This document shows, piece after piece, positions 32,164 to 43,900 of a stretch of 64,000 nt of DNA. The translations under genes were made by a program, and so were the position numbers. The DNA is from a virus, in the IMG/VR virus record IMGVR_UViG_3300047274_000223. The stretch is one strand, 5' to 3'. How positions within the stretch are numbered: position 1 is the stretch's first letter; each line of letters starts with the position of its first letter. The notes below the pieces were generated by a model. The model was given only the letters and a program-made list of their open reading frames with translations. It had not been told where the DNA came from and searched no databases.

Positions 32164-34895
32164 TGAGACCTTCAAACTTAACATCTATAGATTTTGAAGA
32201 AATTAGAGAGTCTATAAAGTCCTACATGAGGACTAGGCCCGAATTTACGGACTATGATTTTTCTGGTTCTACACTATCTTATCTGCTAGATGTCTTAGCG
32301 TATAATACATATTACTCATCATTTAACGCGAATATGGCGTTAAATGAGTTGTTTTTGGATACAGCGACATTACGAGATAACGTTGCAAGTATTTCCAGAA
32401 TGCTAAATTATCTCCCAAGGTCAGCAAAGTCTGCTTGGGGATGCGTTACTCTTACTGTACAGACAGATTTAAATACTAGTGGAAACTTCCCTACCCACAT
32501 AACTCTCAAGAAGGGTCAAGTTGCCTCAGGAAACAATAGAGATAAGGGATTTTCATTCTGTATTCTACAAGACAAAGTAGTTGAAGTAGATAAAACTACA
32601 GGTATTTCAGTTGTTGGTCCTTTTAAGGTATACGAAGGAGATTTGTTATCATATAGTTATACTGTAGATACTACAATTGATCAAAAATTTGTCATTCCAA
32701 ATGAATATGTTGATATTGATACTCTTAGTGTATATGTAAAACAAAATGCTCAGTCAACAACAGTAGACAGATATAGTTTAGTAACAAACATTACAAATGT
32801 AGACTCAACCTCAAGATCATTTTTTGTTAGTGAGTATGAAGATAGAAGATACGAAGTTACATTTGGGGATGGCGTTATTGGAAGAGCTCTTGAAGATGGT
32901 AATGTTGTTATTATGGAATATGTTGTAACTAATGGACCAGATGGCAACAACATTAAGAGTATGAGATATGGTGGAACTATTGTAGATATTGATGGTAATA
33001 GCATCACTGCAGGATCCGTCAAATTTGAATTAAATTCCAAGACTCAACTTGGAGAAAAACCAGAAACACTAAAGTCAATCAAATTTAACGCACCAAGATT
33101 TTATTCTGCACAGAATAGAGCTGTAACAACTAAAGATTATGAAAATATCGTAAAGAGTATCTATCCAAATGCTCGCTATGTCATGGCAACTGGAGGAGAA
33201 ACATTAAGTCCTCCCATTTACGGAAAGGTCTATGTATCAGTTAAAACTAGAAACAATACAAAGTTAAACAATCTTACCAAGAAGCAGATTGTAGACGATC
33301 TCAGACCCTATACAATGGCATCTATTGAGGTTATTGTACAAGATCCAGATGAAGTTTTTATTGAATTGAACGTTTTGGTTGTTGCCGATTTGTTCCAGTC
33401 AGCAACTTCAGCAACTTCCAGTACACAAACAACACCAGATAACCTAGCATTGCCTGCAGGTAGCGCCGATCTAATTAAAGAGAAAACCCTGTTTGCAATT
33501 AAAAGATTTGCAGCTTTAGAAGATCTGGGCAATTTTAACAAGACTCTTTCAACATCAAAGATCCAAAAAGAGATTCTACAGTCAGATCCTGCAATTGTTG
33601 ATGTACTACTACAAGTAACTGTATATAAATTACTTGGATATCCTGAGGAGCAAAATAAAGGTAAGCCAATGACATGGGATGTCAATTTTGGTATTGCCTT
33701 AGATTGCTCCTGTTCGTCTTCACCTGGAGATGTAATTAAGACCAGTGGATTTTACACTGCAGAGAGACCCCAAACATTACAGTATCTAGAAGATGATGGT
33801 GCTGGTAACTTACGTCAATATTATATTGAAAATAATACAAAAGTTTATACAAACTTGTTTGCTGGTCTATATGATTGCGATAGTGGAATTATTAGAGTAG
33901 GTCCTATTGTTCCTGTTGGAGAAGCTGAATATATTCAATTATCAGTCAAACCAAAAAATCCAGCAAATATTGCCCCTGGTGAAGTAACTGGTAAATTATT
34001 AGCCAGAAGTGGTTTACTTCCTGGTACTAGTACCTCTTCTGGCGTTGGTACACCATCTGGAACTTTTACTGGTGCATCTGCTGGTGCATCTGCACCAACA
34101 ACAACTCAACAATTTACTGGTTCTTCAACTGGTCTTGGTGTTGGAGCAGCACAATCTTATGTACCAACAACACAAGCGACAAGATCCGTTCAAACTACAA
34201 CTACAGATGGATTAACTAATCTAGATGTTCCTGCATCTGTTGCAACCCAGAACTCAACTTCATCATTAACAAGTACTGGATTCCAGACACCCAATGCACC
34301 AGTTTCAATTAATGGAGTGACATTAAGCACTGGCGGTCAAATAGTTTCTGGCGGTACTCTTACATCTGGCGGTACTCTTACCGCTGGAGGAGCTATTACT
34401 TCTGGCGGAACAATCGCTGCTAGTGGAACTCTTACAGTTGGTGGAATTACTACTGTTGGAGTTGGTACTACAGCGGTTGGAGGTACAGCAACGGCAGGAA
34501 CTGCTTCTGTTGGTATTGCAGGAAATCTGGCAGTAGGATCGACTGCAACTGGCATTTCTGTAGCAGTACCTGGTACTACACTAGCAGCCGGAACTGCTGC
34601 TGTTGTAGGTCAAGGAGGAGCAGGTCCTGGAGGAAATATTGTAGTTCCTGGTGGTGGTGTAGTAGGCGGTGGTGGTGTTGTAATTGCCCCAGGTAATGCA
34701 GGAGCTCCTGGAGCAGTATTGCAAATTGCTCCACCACAAATTACTGTTGTTCCACCAGGTTCTGTACAGATTCCGAATTTCAATCCAGGTGGAATTGCTG
34801 TTGCTCCTGCTACGGCAATTAGTACTGTTCCACCTACTCTAGTAATCCCACAAATAGCTCCAGCACCTTCAAGTAGTGCAGGATGTTTTGCCTAA
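32163..34895 (+). CDS. gp6: Baseplate wedge subunit gp6 with C-terminal low-complexity extension
   Basis: LTS.DF..I...KSY...EFTDYDFSGS.LS.LLDVLAYNTYY..FNANM..NE.FLDTAT; IKFNAPRFYSAQNRAVT..DY. Confidence 0.92.
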   Translation: MRPSNLTSIDFEEIRESIKSYMRTRPEFTDYDFSGSTLSYLLDVLAYNTYYSSFNANMALNELFLDTATLRDNVASISRMLNYLPRSAKSAWGCVTLTVQTDLNTSGNFPTHITLKKGQVASGNNRDKGFSFCILQDKVVEVDKTTGISVVGPFKVYEGDLLSYSYTVDTTIDQKFVIPNEYVDIDTLSVYVKQNAQSTTVDRYSLVTNITNVDSTSRSFFVSEYEDRRYEVTFGDGVIGRALEDGNVVIMEYVVTNGPDGNNIKSMRYGGTIVDIDGNSITAGSVKFELNSKTQLGEKPETLKSIKFNAPRFYSAQNRAVTTKDYENIVKSIYPNARYVMATGGETLSPPIYGKVYVSVKTRNNTKLNNLTKKQIVDDLRPYTMASIEVIVQDPDEVFIELNVLVVADLFQSATSATSSTQTTPDNLALPAGSADLIKEKTLFAIKRFAALEDLGNFNKTLSTSKIQKEILQSDPAIVDVLLQVTVYKLLGYPEEQNKGKPMTWDVNFGIALDCSCSSSPGDVIKTSGFYTAERPQTLQYLEDDGAGNLRQYYIENNTKVYTNLFAGLYDCDSGIIRVGPIVPVGEAEYIQLSVKPKNPANIAPGEVTGKLLARSGLLPGTSTSSGVGTPSGTFTGASAGASAPTTTQQFTGSSTGLGVGAAQSYVPTTQATRSVQTTTTDGLTNLDVPASVATQNSTSSLTSTGFQTPNAPVSINGVTLSTGGQIVSGGTLTSGGTLTAGGAITSGGTIAASGTLTVGGITTVGVGTTAVGGTATAGTASVGIAGNLAVGSTATGISVAVPGTTLAAGTAAVVGQGGAGPGGNIVVPGGGVVGGGGVVIAPGNAGAPGAVLQIAPPQITVVPPGSVQIPNFNPGGIAVAPATAISTVPPTLVIPQIAPAPSSSAGCFA

Positions 34896-34904
34896 AAAAC
34901 ATTG

Positions 34905-34911
34905 TTAAATA
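34905..34911 (+). promoter_or_regulatory. Late promoter (variant)
   Basis: TTAAATA 23 bp upstream of gp7. Confidence 0.6.
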
Positions 34912-34934
34912 GATATACGGAGATATTTTAAGCA

Positions 34935-37900
34935 ATGCATAACGAACCCCAAGTATCCTTATCTGTTCTCAATCAGATTCCAGATTTTATCAGGGAAGAA
35001 CATCCACTATTTGAAGAGTTTCTACGTTCATATTATAGTTCGCTGGAAAGGGGTAGCGGACCTGTCAATATTCTAAATAATCTTCCAGATTACTTCAATC
35101 TATCGAAATATGATTTAAGGAAGTTAAATTCCACCACAAACTTAATTGGTAATATTTCACCAGATTCTAGAAATATTGAAGTTGAGTCAACGGATAATTT
35201 TCCAGATGAAAATGGAACTATTCTGATTGACGATGAAGTAATTTATTATGAGAGTGTTAGAAAATCCCCTAATGTGGTTTTAACTCCAGACATCTCTTAT
35301 AGTGAATTTAATAAGAAATTAATTACTCTTTCCAATCCATACGAGCAACTTGATGGGATAAGAGACACTTTTGACTTAAAAGCAAATAACGAACCAGTAT
35401 TTCCACCATCGGCAAGACACCTGATTGTAAGGTTATACAATGAAGTTTTGATCCCAGATGTAGATTATATTGTTCTTGGAGATAAAATTAAATTTACTTC
35501 TGTCCCAAGAGAGTTTGATCCAGTAGATCTTGGAGATTCATTTGAAGACATCAGTATTAAATATTTGAAAGGATTTAGTGAATCTACTATCACTACAATT
35601 GATAACATTGGAGTAATTAATACAGCTGTTGATGAAGAAAGATACGATTTCAATCTCAGAATTGATGGTGTACCTTTTGAACCATCATCATTAAGTTTAA
35701 TGGTCGTTATTGTAGATAATATTTTACTACGACCAAATTTAGACTATACCGTTTATGGTAGTTCTATCCTACTTAAGAATTATCCTACACAAAACTCATA
35801 CATTGGTGTTATCAATGCTCCATTATTATCGGTTGGTAATGGATTTGTTGGATATAGTGTAGTTAATAGTCAAGGGCAAGTAGAAAGAATTCTAGTTAAG
35901 AATGGTGGAAAAAATTATTCTATTGATAACACACCAAAAGTATCTCTTGTCAAAGGAGCTGGAAAGAATGCAACTGCTAGGGCTCTAATTAGTGGTGTTA
36001 AAGAAATTACATTATTGGAGGGTGGTAGAGGATATTCTAAAGAAAATCCACCAAGAGTTCTAGTCCAATCCCCAGATAATCCTGATGGATCCGTAGCAAG
36101 AGCCGCAGTAGAAGTTGATGAACAAGGACACGTATCAGAAGTTCATGTAACCTTCAGTGGAAGTGGATATGATTTTGTACCTAGAGTACAATTTATTAAT
36201 CCAACTGGTGCTGCTGTTGGAAATGTCGTTGTCAATCAAAATGGTTCTATTGTATCTGTAGATGTTCTATCTGGTGGTATTGGATACACTGTTGCTCCAT
36301 TAATTTATATTGATGATCCAATCGCCCCCAATGGTATTAAGGCATTACTTCAAGGGAATTTGGGTTCCGATGGAATACTACAATCCGTATCGGTATTGAC
36401 TGGAGGAACTGGGTATGATCAATATAATCCACCAAGAGTTGCGGTAATTCAACCAACAGGTGCTCAAGTACTGTCAGTTGATGTAGATTCATTTGGTAGA
36501 GTTGTTAATATTGAATTATTGAGTGGTGGATTTGGTTATGAGGATGTTCCTAGTGTTTATATTGTTGACGATAGAGTTGATAATATTGGAAATCCCATAG
36601 GTGGTACTGGAGCAACTGCAGTTGCTACTGTTTTTAATGGTGAGATTATTGATATTAATATTACTAATTTTGGTGAGGGTTATTCTTTAGAAGAACCTCC
36701 AAAAATCTTTATCTCTTCTCCAGTTGGAGCAAAAGCTTCTGCACAAATTGGAGAACAGCAGATTACTGGATTTGAAGTTATTGAATCTGGAATCAACTAT
36801 GTTAAATCTGAATTTGTTGGTTGTAGTAGAGGTGTGAGTGGTATTATTGGTTATGATTCCGATGAGAATGCAATTTTTAGTGGTGAGGATACTTCCACCC
36901 CATCACTACATCTTGAAGGATCTTTAGTTAAAGGTTTAGACTCAGTATTTCTAACTACCATACTAGATAGAATCGTAAAACAGTATATTCCAGGACTTCC
37001 AAAATTAGACTACAATACTGTTAATATTGCAAATATCCTAAGAACAGTAAAAGATTTTTATTCATCGAAAGGAACTAGGCAAGCAATTTCATATTTGTTT
37101 AAGGTTCTTTACGGTGTAGATATTGATATCTCGTATCCGAAAGATCAAATCATTAAGCCTTCAGCAGCATCGTGGTCAATCGATACTATCTTAAGAGCAA
37201 GATTAATTTCTGGTAATCCAGAAAATATTAGAGATACTAGCATTATTCAGGAAGAAGATGCTGTAGATACTAATGTCAAATATGCTGAAGCTACGGTTGA
37301 AAACTTTATCGCAATTCAAACTTCAGACTATGATGTTTATGAACTAGTTTTGTCTGAAGAATCTATTGTTGGTTCTTTTACAATTCCATATAAGACTAAA
37401 CTGGCAGAACCAATGACGCCAGAAACTTCAATTATTACTGTAGACTCTACAATTGGTTGGCCGGAAAGAAATGGTGAAATTATTGTTGGTACTGAAATCA
37501 TTCGATATAAAGAAAAGTCATTAACACAATTTATTGAATGTACTAGAGGAATTAATGAAACACCAGGTTCTTGGGATTCTGGTACTATCATTTCTTCAAA
37601 TTTCTACATTAGAGCAAATCCAGGTACACAGAATGAAGTCGTCATGTCTGTCCTCGGTATTGTTGAGTCTAACAATACCACATTAACCGATGAAAGTAGT
37701 TATTACTTACCTGGAGATAAACTGAGTATTTCTAAATTAGGATCTTTAGATGCATCTCCTCTTGTAACTTCATGGTTGTATAATGTTAAGAAACTAATTG
37801 AAGTTGAGTCAATTACATATGGTGGTATTGGAGATAGAACCGCAACCGTCACTTGTTCCAATCCACATGGTTTATTGGTTGGTGATCAGGTAACAGTTTA

Positions 37901-40900
37901 TGGTGCAAACCCAATTGTATATAATGGTTCTTTCCTAGTTTCTGCAAGAGAAAGTGCTTTAGTATTTAAGTATGAATTACCACAACCTGCGACATTAAAT
38001 CCACAAGGTAATATCTTAATTTCCGTTGATTTAAACAAAGGTAAGAGCGATGAGGAATCAATTAATTCTGCTATTACCAACTTTGCAACAAATATTCAGA
38101 ACACTTTCTTCAATTCATCTGATGTATATGTTGCGGCATCGGGAATTCCAAACTATAAGATTGGTCCTTTCTTAGGAACATCACTACTTCCAGGAAATCA
38201 GAGAAAGTTATATAGATTCCCAAGACTCCCACAAACAATTTCACTAAAGCCAGAAACTAAGTATGGATCAGTTGGTTCATTTATCAACGGTGTTTCGGCA
38301 TGGAATTATAAATCAAATGATATTTTTAAATATGGACCAGTAACTAAGGTAAATATTATAAATCCTGGCTCTGATTATGACGCAGATTCTCCACCAGTTT
38401 TATCAATTCGTGGTGGGGGAGGATCTGGTGCAGTCGGAAGTGTAATTGTAGACGGATCCGTAACATCCATTGAAGTCACTAATCAGGGTGATGGATATAC
38501 ATCATCACCACTAGTTTCGATTTCTGGAGGAAAAGGTTCTGGCGCATCAGCTACTGCAATTATCACAAACGGTAAGGTAACTCGTATTTTAGTAAATACG
38601 ACTGGATCTGGATATACTTCAGCACCAACAATTACTGTTACTGGCGGGGGAGGTTTTGGTTGTACTGCTGTAGCATCAGTTAGAGGTCCAATCAAAGAAG
38701 TTGTTGTCGAAGATTATGGAAATGATTACACTTCAGCACCTTCAGTTTCTCTGAGTAGTGGGGAAGGTGCAGCTGCTCAAGCATATGTAAGTAATGGAAG
38801 AATTCTGTCTATTGCTGTTATTGCATCAGGTAATGGTTACACTACTGCACCAAAGGTTGTAATTGTTGGTGAGGGATATGGTGCTGTTGCTATTGCAAAT
38901 ATTCAGACCGAAGGATCTGAAGCAGGAAAGGTAACTTCAATTACAATCCTAAACAGAGGTATTGGTTATAAACAAGGTACTACACAAATCAGATTAGAAT
39001 CTGTTGGTCAAGGAGCAGTATTTAATACTGAAATTTTTGGGTGGACATTTAATTTACAAGAAACCGTCAATTTTGATTATGCTAATGGTTCAATTTTTGA
39101 GGGATTCAATAAACAGTTTGGTGGTGAATATGGTCACGTATCCAATCCAAAGCAACTCAGATATGTTCTCGGAGATAACTTAACTGTTGTCCAGGGACAA
39201 ATTGTAGAAAAGGAAAGTGGTATTGTTCACTCCCCCATTATTGGTTGGGCTTTTGATGGTAATCCAATTTACGGTCCATATGGACTATCAGACCCAACCA
39301 ATCTTTCTAGTACAATTGTACCAATTAATAGTAGTTATGTATTAAAGAGTAATCTGGTATTTGACGCTCAAATCAATCCCACTCCAGTCAGAATTGATGG
39401 ACCATCCCTGGATGAATATCCAGCTGGTACTTTTATTGAAGATTATATCTATCAATTCAGAAGTGAACAATTCTATTTGGATGAATATAATGGTAGATAT
39501 TGCAAAACACCAGAGTATCCAGAAGGAACCTATGCGTATTTCATTACACTAAATTCTGATGGTTCTCCAGCATTTCCGTATATTGTTGGACCAAACTTTT
39601 ATTCTATTCCAGATTCTTGGAACTTGACTCAGTTTGCTGTTCAGTCAAATATCCCGTCTGGTATTGTTAGATATAGAGCACCATTTGAAAATGTTGATAT
39701 TGATGTTGATAGAGCTCCAAATGAAAGCACAAATGCACTAACTTTAGAAAATGGAGACATTTTAACCTTTGAGGTCGAAGATGAGAATAGAGATGGTGTT
39801 ATTGATGAATTTGAAGAAGGAGATCCAGATCAAATCTTCGAAGAGTCTAAACTACAACTATTTGATTACTTCCCCAAAATCGACTTTTCCTCAAAGGTCG
39901 ATATCGAAATTGAAACCACTACCAAATTTGAAGACGCTAAGATTAGTGGATTCCTAATCGAAAATGCGGGAGAAAATCATCAGGTTGGTGACAGACTCAT
40001 TTTTGATGATACTGGAACTGAAGGATATGGAGCTTCTGCTGTAGTTTCCGAAATTGTTGGTAAAAATATCACCTCATACAACTATGAATATAGTGCATCC
40101 CAAGATGAATATTTTGGTATTGTGCAGACAGATTCTCCACATAACATGGTTATCGGAGACATTGTTAATGTGACTACAGTTCCATTAATGGAACCAACTA
40201 CAAAGAGCATCTATGTTAGAACTATTCAAGGTCTTGAAGATGTTGTTGTAGTAACTCCAGGACTAGGATACGATCCAGAAATTGATATTCAAGCGGTAAT
40301 TGATAGTGATACTGGAATTGGTGCAGTTGTAGAACCGATTATTTCATCTACTGGTTCATTGAATGATGTGAGAATTATCAATTCGGGCAGAAATTATCTA
40401 ACGGATCCAAAAATTAGGATTTCTCATCCACAAGTACAGAAGAGATCTATTTATTTTGCAATTAGTAGATACTATGAAGGTTCAGTAAAGATCTTTAAGT
40501 CTATTTCAGATTCGTCAAAAAATACTTATATTGTTGGATCTGTAAAATCATCAAACAATGATACTCATGCATTTATTTCAAAGATTAATAGTGAAGGTAC
40601 TGTACTTTGGTCTAAGTCGCTAACAGCAATCCAACCAGGAAGTACAAAGAGAGCAGAATTTGTTGATATTGTGAAGAATGGATCTGATCTCTATGTAATT
40701 GGTAATACATATCCAAATACTCCTTCAGCAGATAACTTTAATCCTGATCTTCTCTTTGCAAAGTATACGGAAAATACTAGTGGTACTTCAGTAACATTAA
40801 CTTGGCAAAAAGAAGCTGCTGGTATTAGTGGTGTCTTAAGAAAAGACTATATCACTGGAATTTCTGCACTTAACAATAATATTATTATCTGTGGACATAC

Positions 40901-43900
40901 GACTACTAATTCTACTGGTGCATATGATGGTATCTTAATGTACTTATCTCCTGGTGGAGACATTTTACATAAGAGAAAATTAACATCAACAACAGGAACA
41001 GAAAAATTACTTGGAATTAAGGTTGATTCTGATGATAATATCTACGTTGTTGGTCAAACAGTAGAGAATAATTTACTTGTAGCAAAATTAAGAATCGTTG
41101 AGAGTAAAATTATTTCAACTTGGCAAAAACAGGTTGTTTATAGTGGTCAAGAATTCCATGATATTGCATTTGATATTGATGAATATGATGAATTGTTCAT
41201 CACTGCGTCAATTGGTACAACAACTAGAAATAAACTTGGTCTAGTTAAACTTGATGGAAATGCAAATGTTATCGCACAGAAGGAATATAGTATCCCAAGC
41301 ATTTATTCGATTATTGGAGCCGGATGTACTATTGATGTATTCTCCGATCTGAATGTTGGTTATTCTGCTGTTGATACCAACGGTAAGAAGACCTCAGGCG
41401 TAATTAAATTGGACTATAGGGGTAATGTAATCAATTCATATACTTTGGGTGGTGTTGAAGGTTATAACCTAGTGCAGGTCCTCTCGGACGTGTCTGGTGA
41501 TCCATACTTTGTGGGTAACATCCAACCAAATAGATCACAATTCCTATACAACGGAAATGACTATACCGATTTTATCGGTAGACAAGGCAATTTAACAACA
41601 TCTGGCACTGTAAGTATCAATACAGATCCAAAGTGGGGTACTAACGCATTTACTGTTGGTCAAAATGGCGTTCTATCTACTCCAACACTATCAAGTTCTG
41701 GTAATTGGACTGTTGATGCTTGGATTAAGTGGGACTCAGCGGCTACGGCAAAGGTTGCTCAAATTTTCAGAATCTATGATTCGTCTTTAACTGATGGTAT
41801 CAAGGTTCAATTATTTGCAGATAATAGTTCACCATCGACTTTAGGGAAATGGAGAATTTCAAATGATGGTGCTACTGTATCAACGTTCTCGGCATCAACA
41901 AATAATGTAACTCTTCTTTCTAGTGGTTATTACTATATTGCTGTCAATAAGTCATACAATTCTTCTACTGGTATTTCAACTTATACTCTATACTTTAATG
42001 GTACTCAGCAAGCACAAATTACATTAACAAATAATATCAACCCAACTCAAATTCAAGTTGGTTCGTCAACTACCTATAATTCTTGGCCAACGAAGATTGA
42101 TAGTTTCAGACTGTCAAATTATGCAATTACTGCAACAACTATTCCAACAGCGGCATTCTCTGGATACGATTATGGAACAGAAGTTGGTTACTTAATGAAG
42201 TTCGATAAGAATGCAGATGCAGAAAGAATGGGTGATATCACCTTAACAAATAATGGTATTATTACTACAAGAACTACATCGTCAATTAGTGATAATCAAC
42301 TAGAACTTCTAGTTGAAACATATGCTTTGGGCCCAGATGGTCTACAAGTGTTAGATATGAACGATACTACTTCATACCTAACACAAGACTATCATTTACC
42401 ATCATCATATGCTGATGTATGGAGCAGTAGAACTGCAACAATTCCCTCCCCTGGAGGAAGAAAGGCCGTATTTGAAACTAGTGCGTATGGTAAATACTTC
42501 TTTAGGCATTTTGTAATTGATAAGTTTGATAATGTTAGAGTCCTAGAAATCAATCAGGATTTCAATTTTGATATTGGTACTAGAATCAATCAGAAAAATT
42601 CTATTGGTTCAACAGTTGGTTCTGCAAGAATTGTCGATATCGACACATCTAACGATCTTTTATATGTTACCGATGTCTCTGGAACTTTCTCCACAAATAG
42701 TGGTTATTTAGAAAGTTCCGATCTCAAGATTAATGAAATTGAAGATTACACATTTGCATATATTGATGCTTCTAGCCCAGGAACTTTTGGCATCTCAATT
42801 CCCGCTGAGGTGGAAGCAACATTTAAAACTTACTCCGATGAAGATTATCTAATCAGAATTGATGAAATAATCACTGGAGCTTCTTATGCCAGAGGATCTG
42901 TAGTTTCTCTTGGACCAGAGTATTTTAGTTTCTCAGCAGATAGAAGATCTGTAACTATTTCTGGACTAGCATCCGTAACACAAATTACACTAATTGTCAA
43001 TTTAACAAAGACTCTTCAAATTGATTTAATTTCAAACACGAACAGAATCTTTGCAAGATCTACAACTTCGCACTATCTATCCGTTGGAGAAAACATTTAT
43101 ACAGAAACTGCTCCACAATATTCATATGCCGATGGATCTTTCTACATCAAAGAAATTTTAAGCAAGAAAGAATTCATTTTCGAAATTGATAGCGTCCCAG
43201 GATCGTTTATTGGAAGTGGTACTCAACTATATGTCTATGTTAAGCATCCTGTGTTTAAGTTCATTTATGGACAGCAGTATACTTTTGATGTTACTCACGT
43301 ATCGAATGAAGGTTACTATCTATCATTCTATAGAGATAATTTAAATAAGATTGAATATACATTCAAGAATATTGTTAGAAAGGGTATTCCTGGTAGAGAT
43401 GCACCAGGAGCATCTCCATTCATTTCATTCAAGGTCACTGATGATGTCTCAAATATCAGTTACTATGCAGACCCATCTAGAATTGGTCCAAAGAGCCCTG
43501 TTTCGAACTTCTCGTATATTGACGTTGTAAAGAGTCCATACATCGGTAAATTTGAAATTATCGAAACTTCTGGTGGTACAGTAACAGTTGGAGATAATAA
43601 GTTTAAATTTAAGATTGGTATTGATCCAGAAAAGAACGCACAATCTTCACTATCATCATATTCAACCCAATCGTCTAAAGTTGCTGGATCTATTGCAAAT
43701 ATTAGACTTGTTAATGGTGGAGGTTTCTATAAGAAACTACCTGTGATTACTGACATTCAATCAGTAAGAAAAATCGAAAGAGTTGAAATTAGAAGCCCTG
43801 GAACAGAATATCAACCAGGTGAATATTTTGGTGTACCTATTTTAGGTGATGGTGCTGGTGGAAAAGTCAGAATTATTGTAGATGAGAATAGTGATCCTGC

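Noticed and set aside
34330-34460. Ice-nucleation/antifreeze protein in the gp6 tail
   Set aside because: Lacks the AGYGSTxT octapeptide or regular TxT ladder; only generic Gly/Thr hexapeptides.
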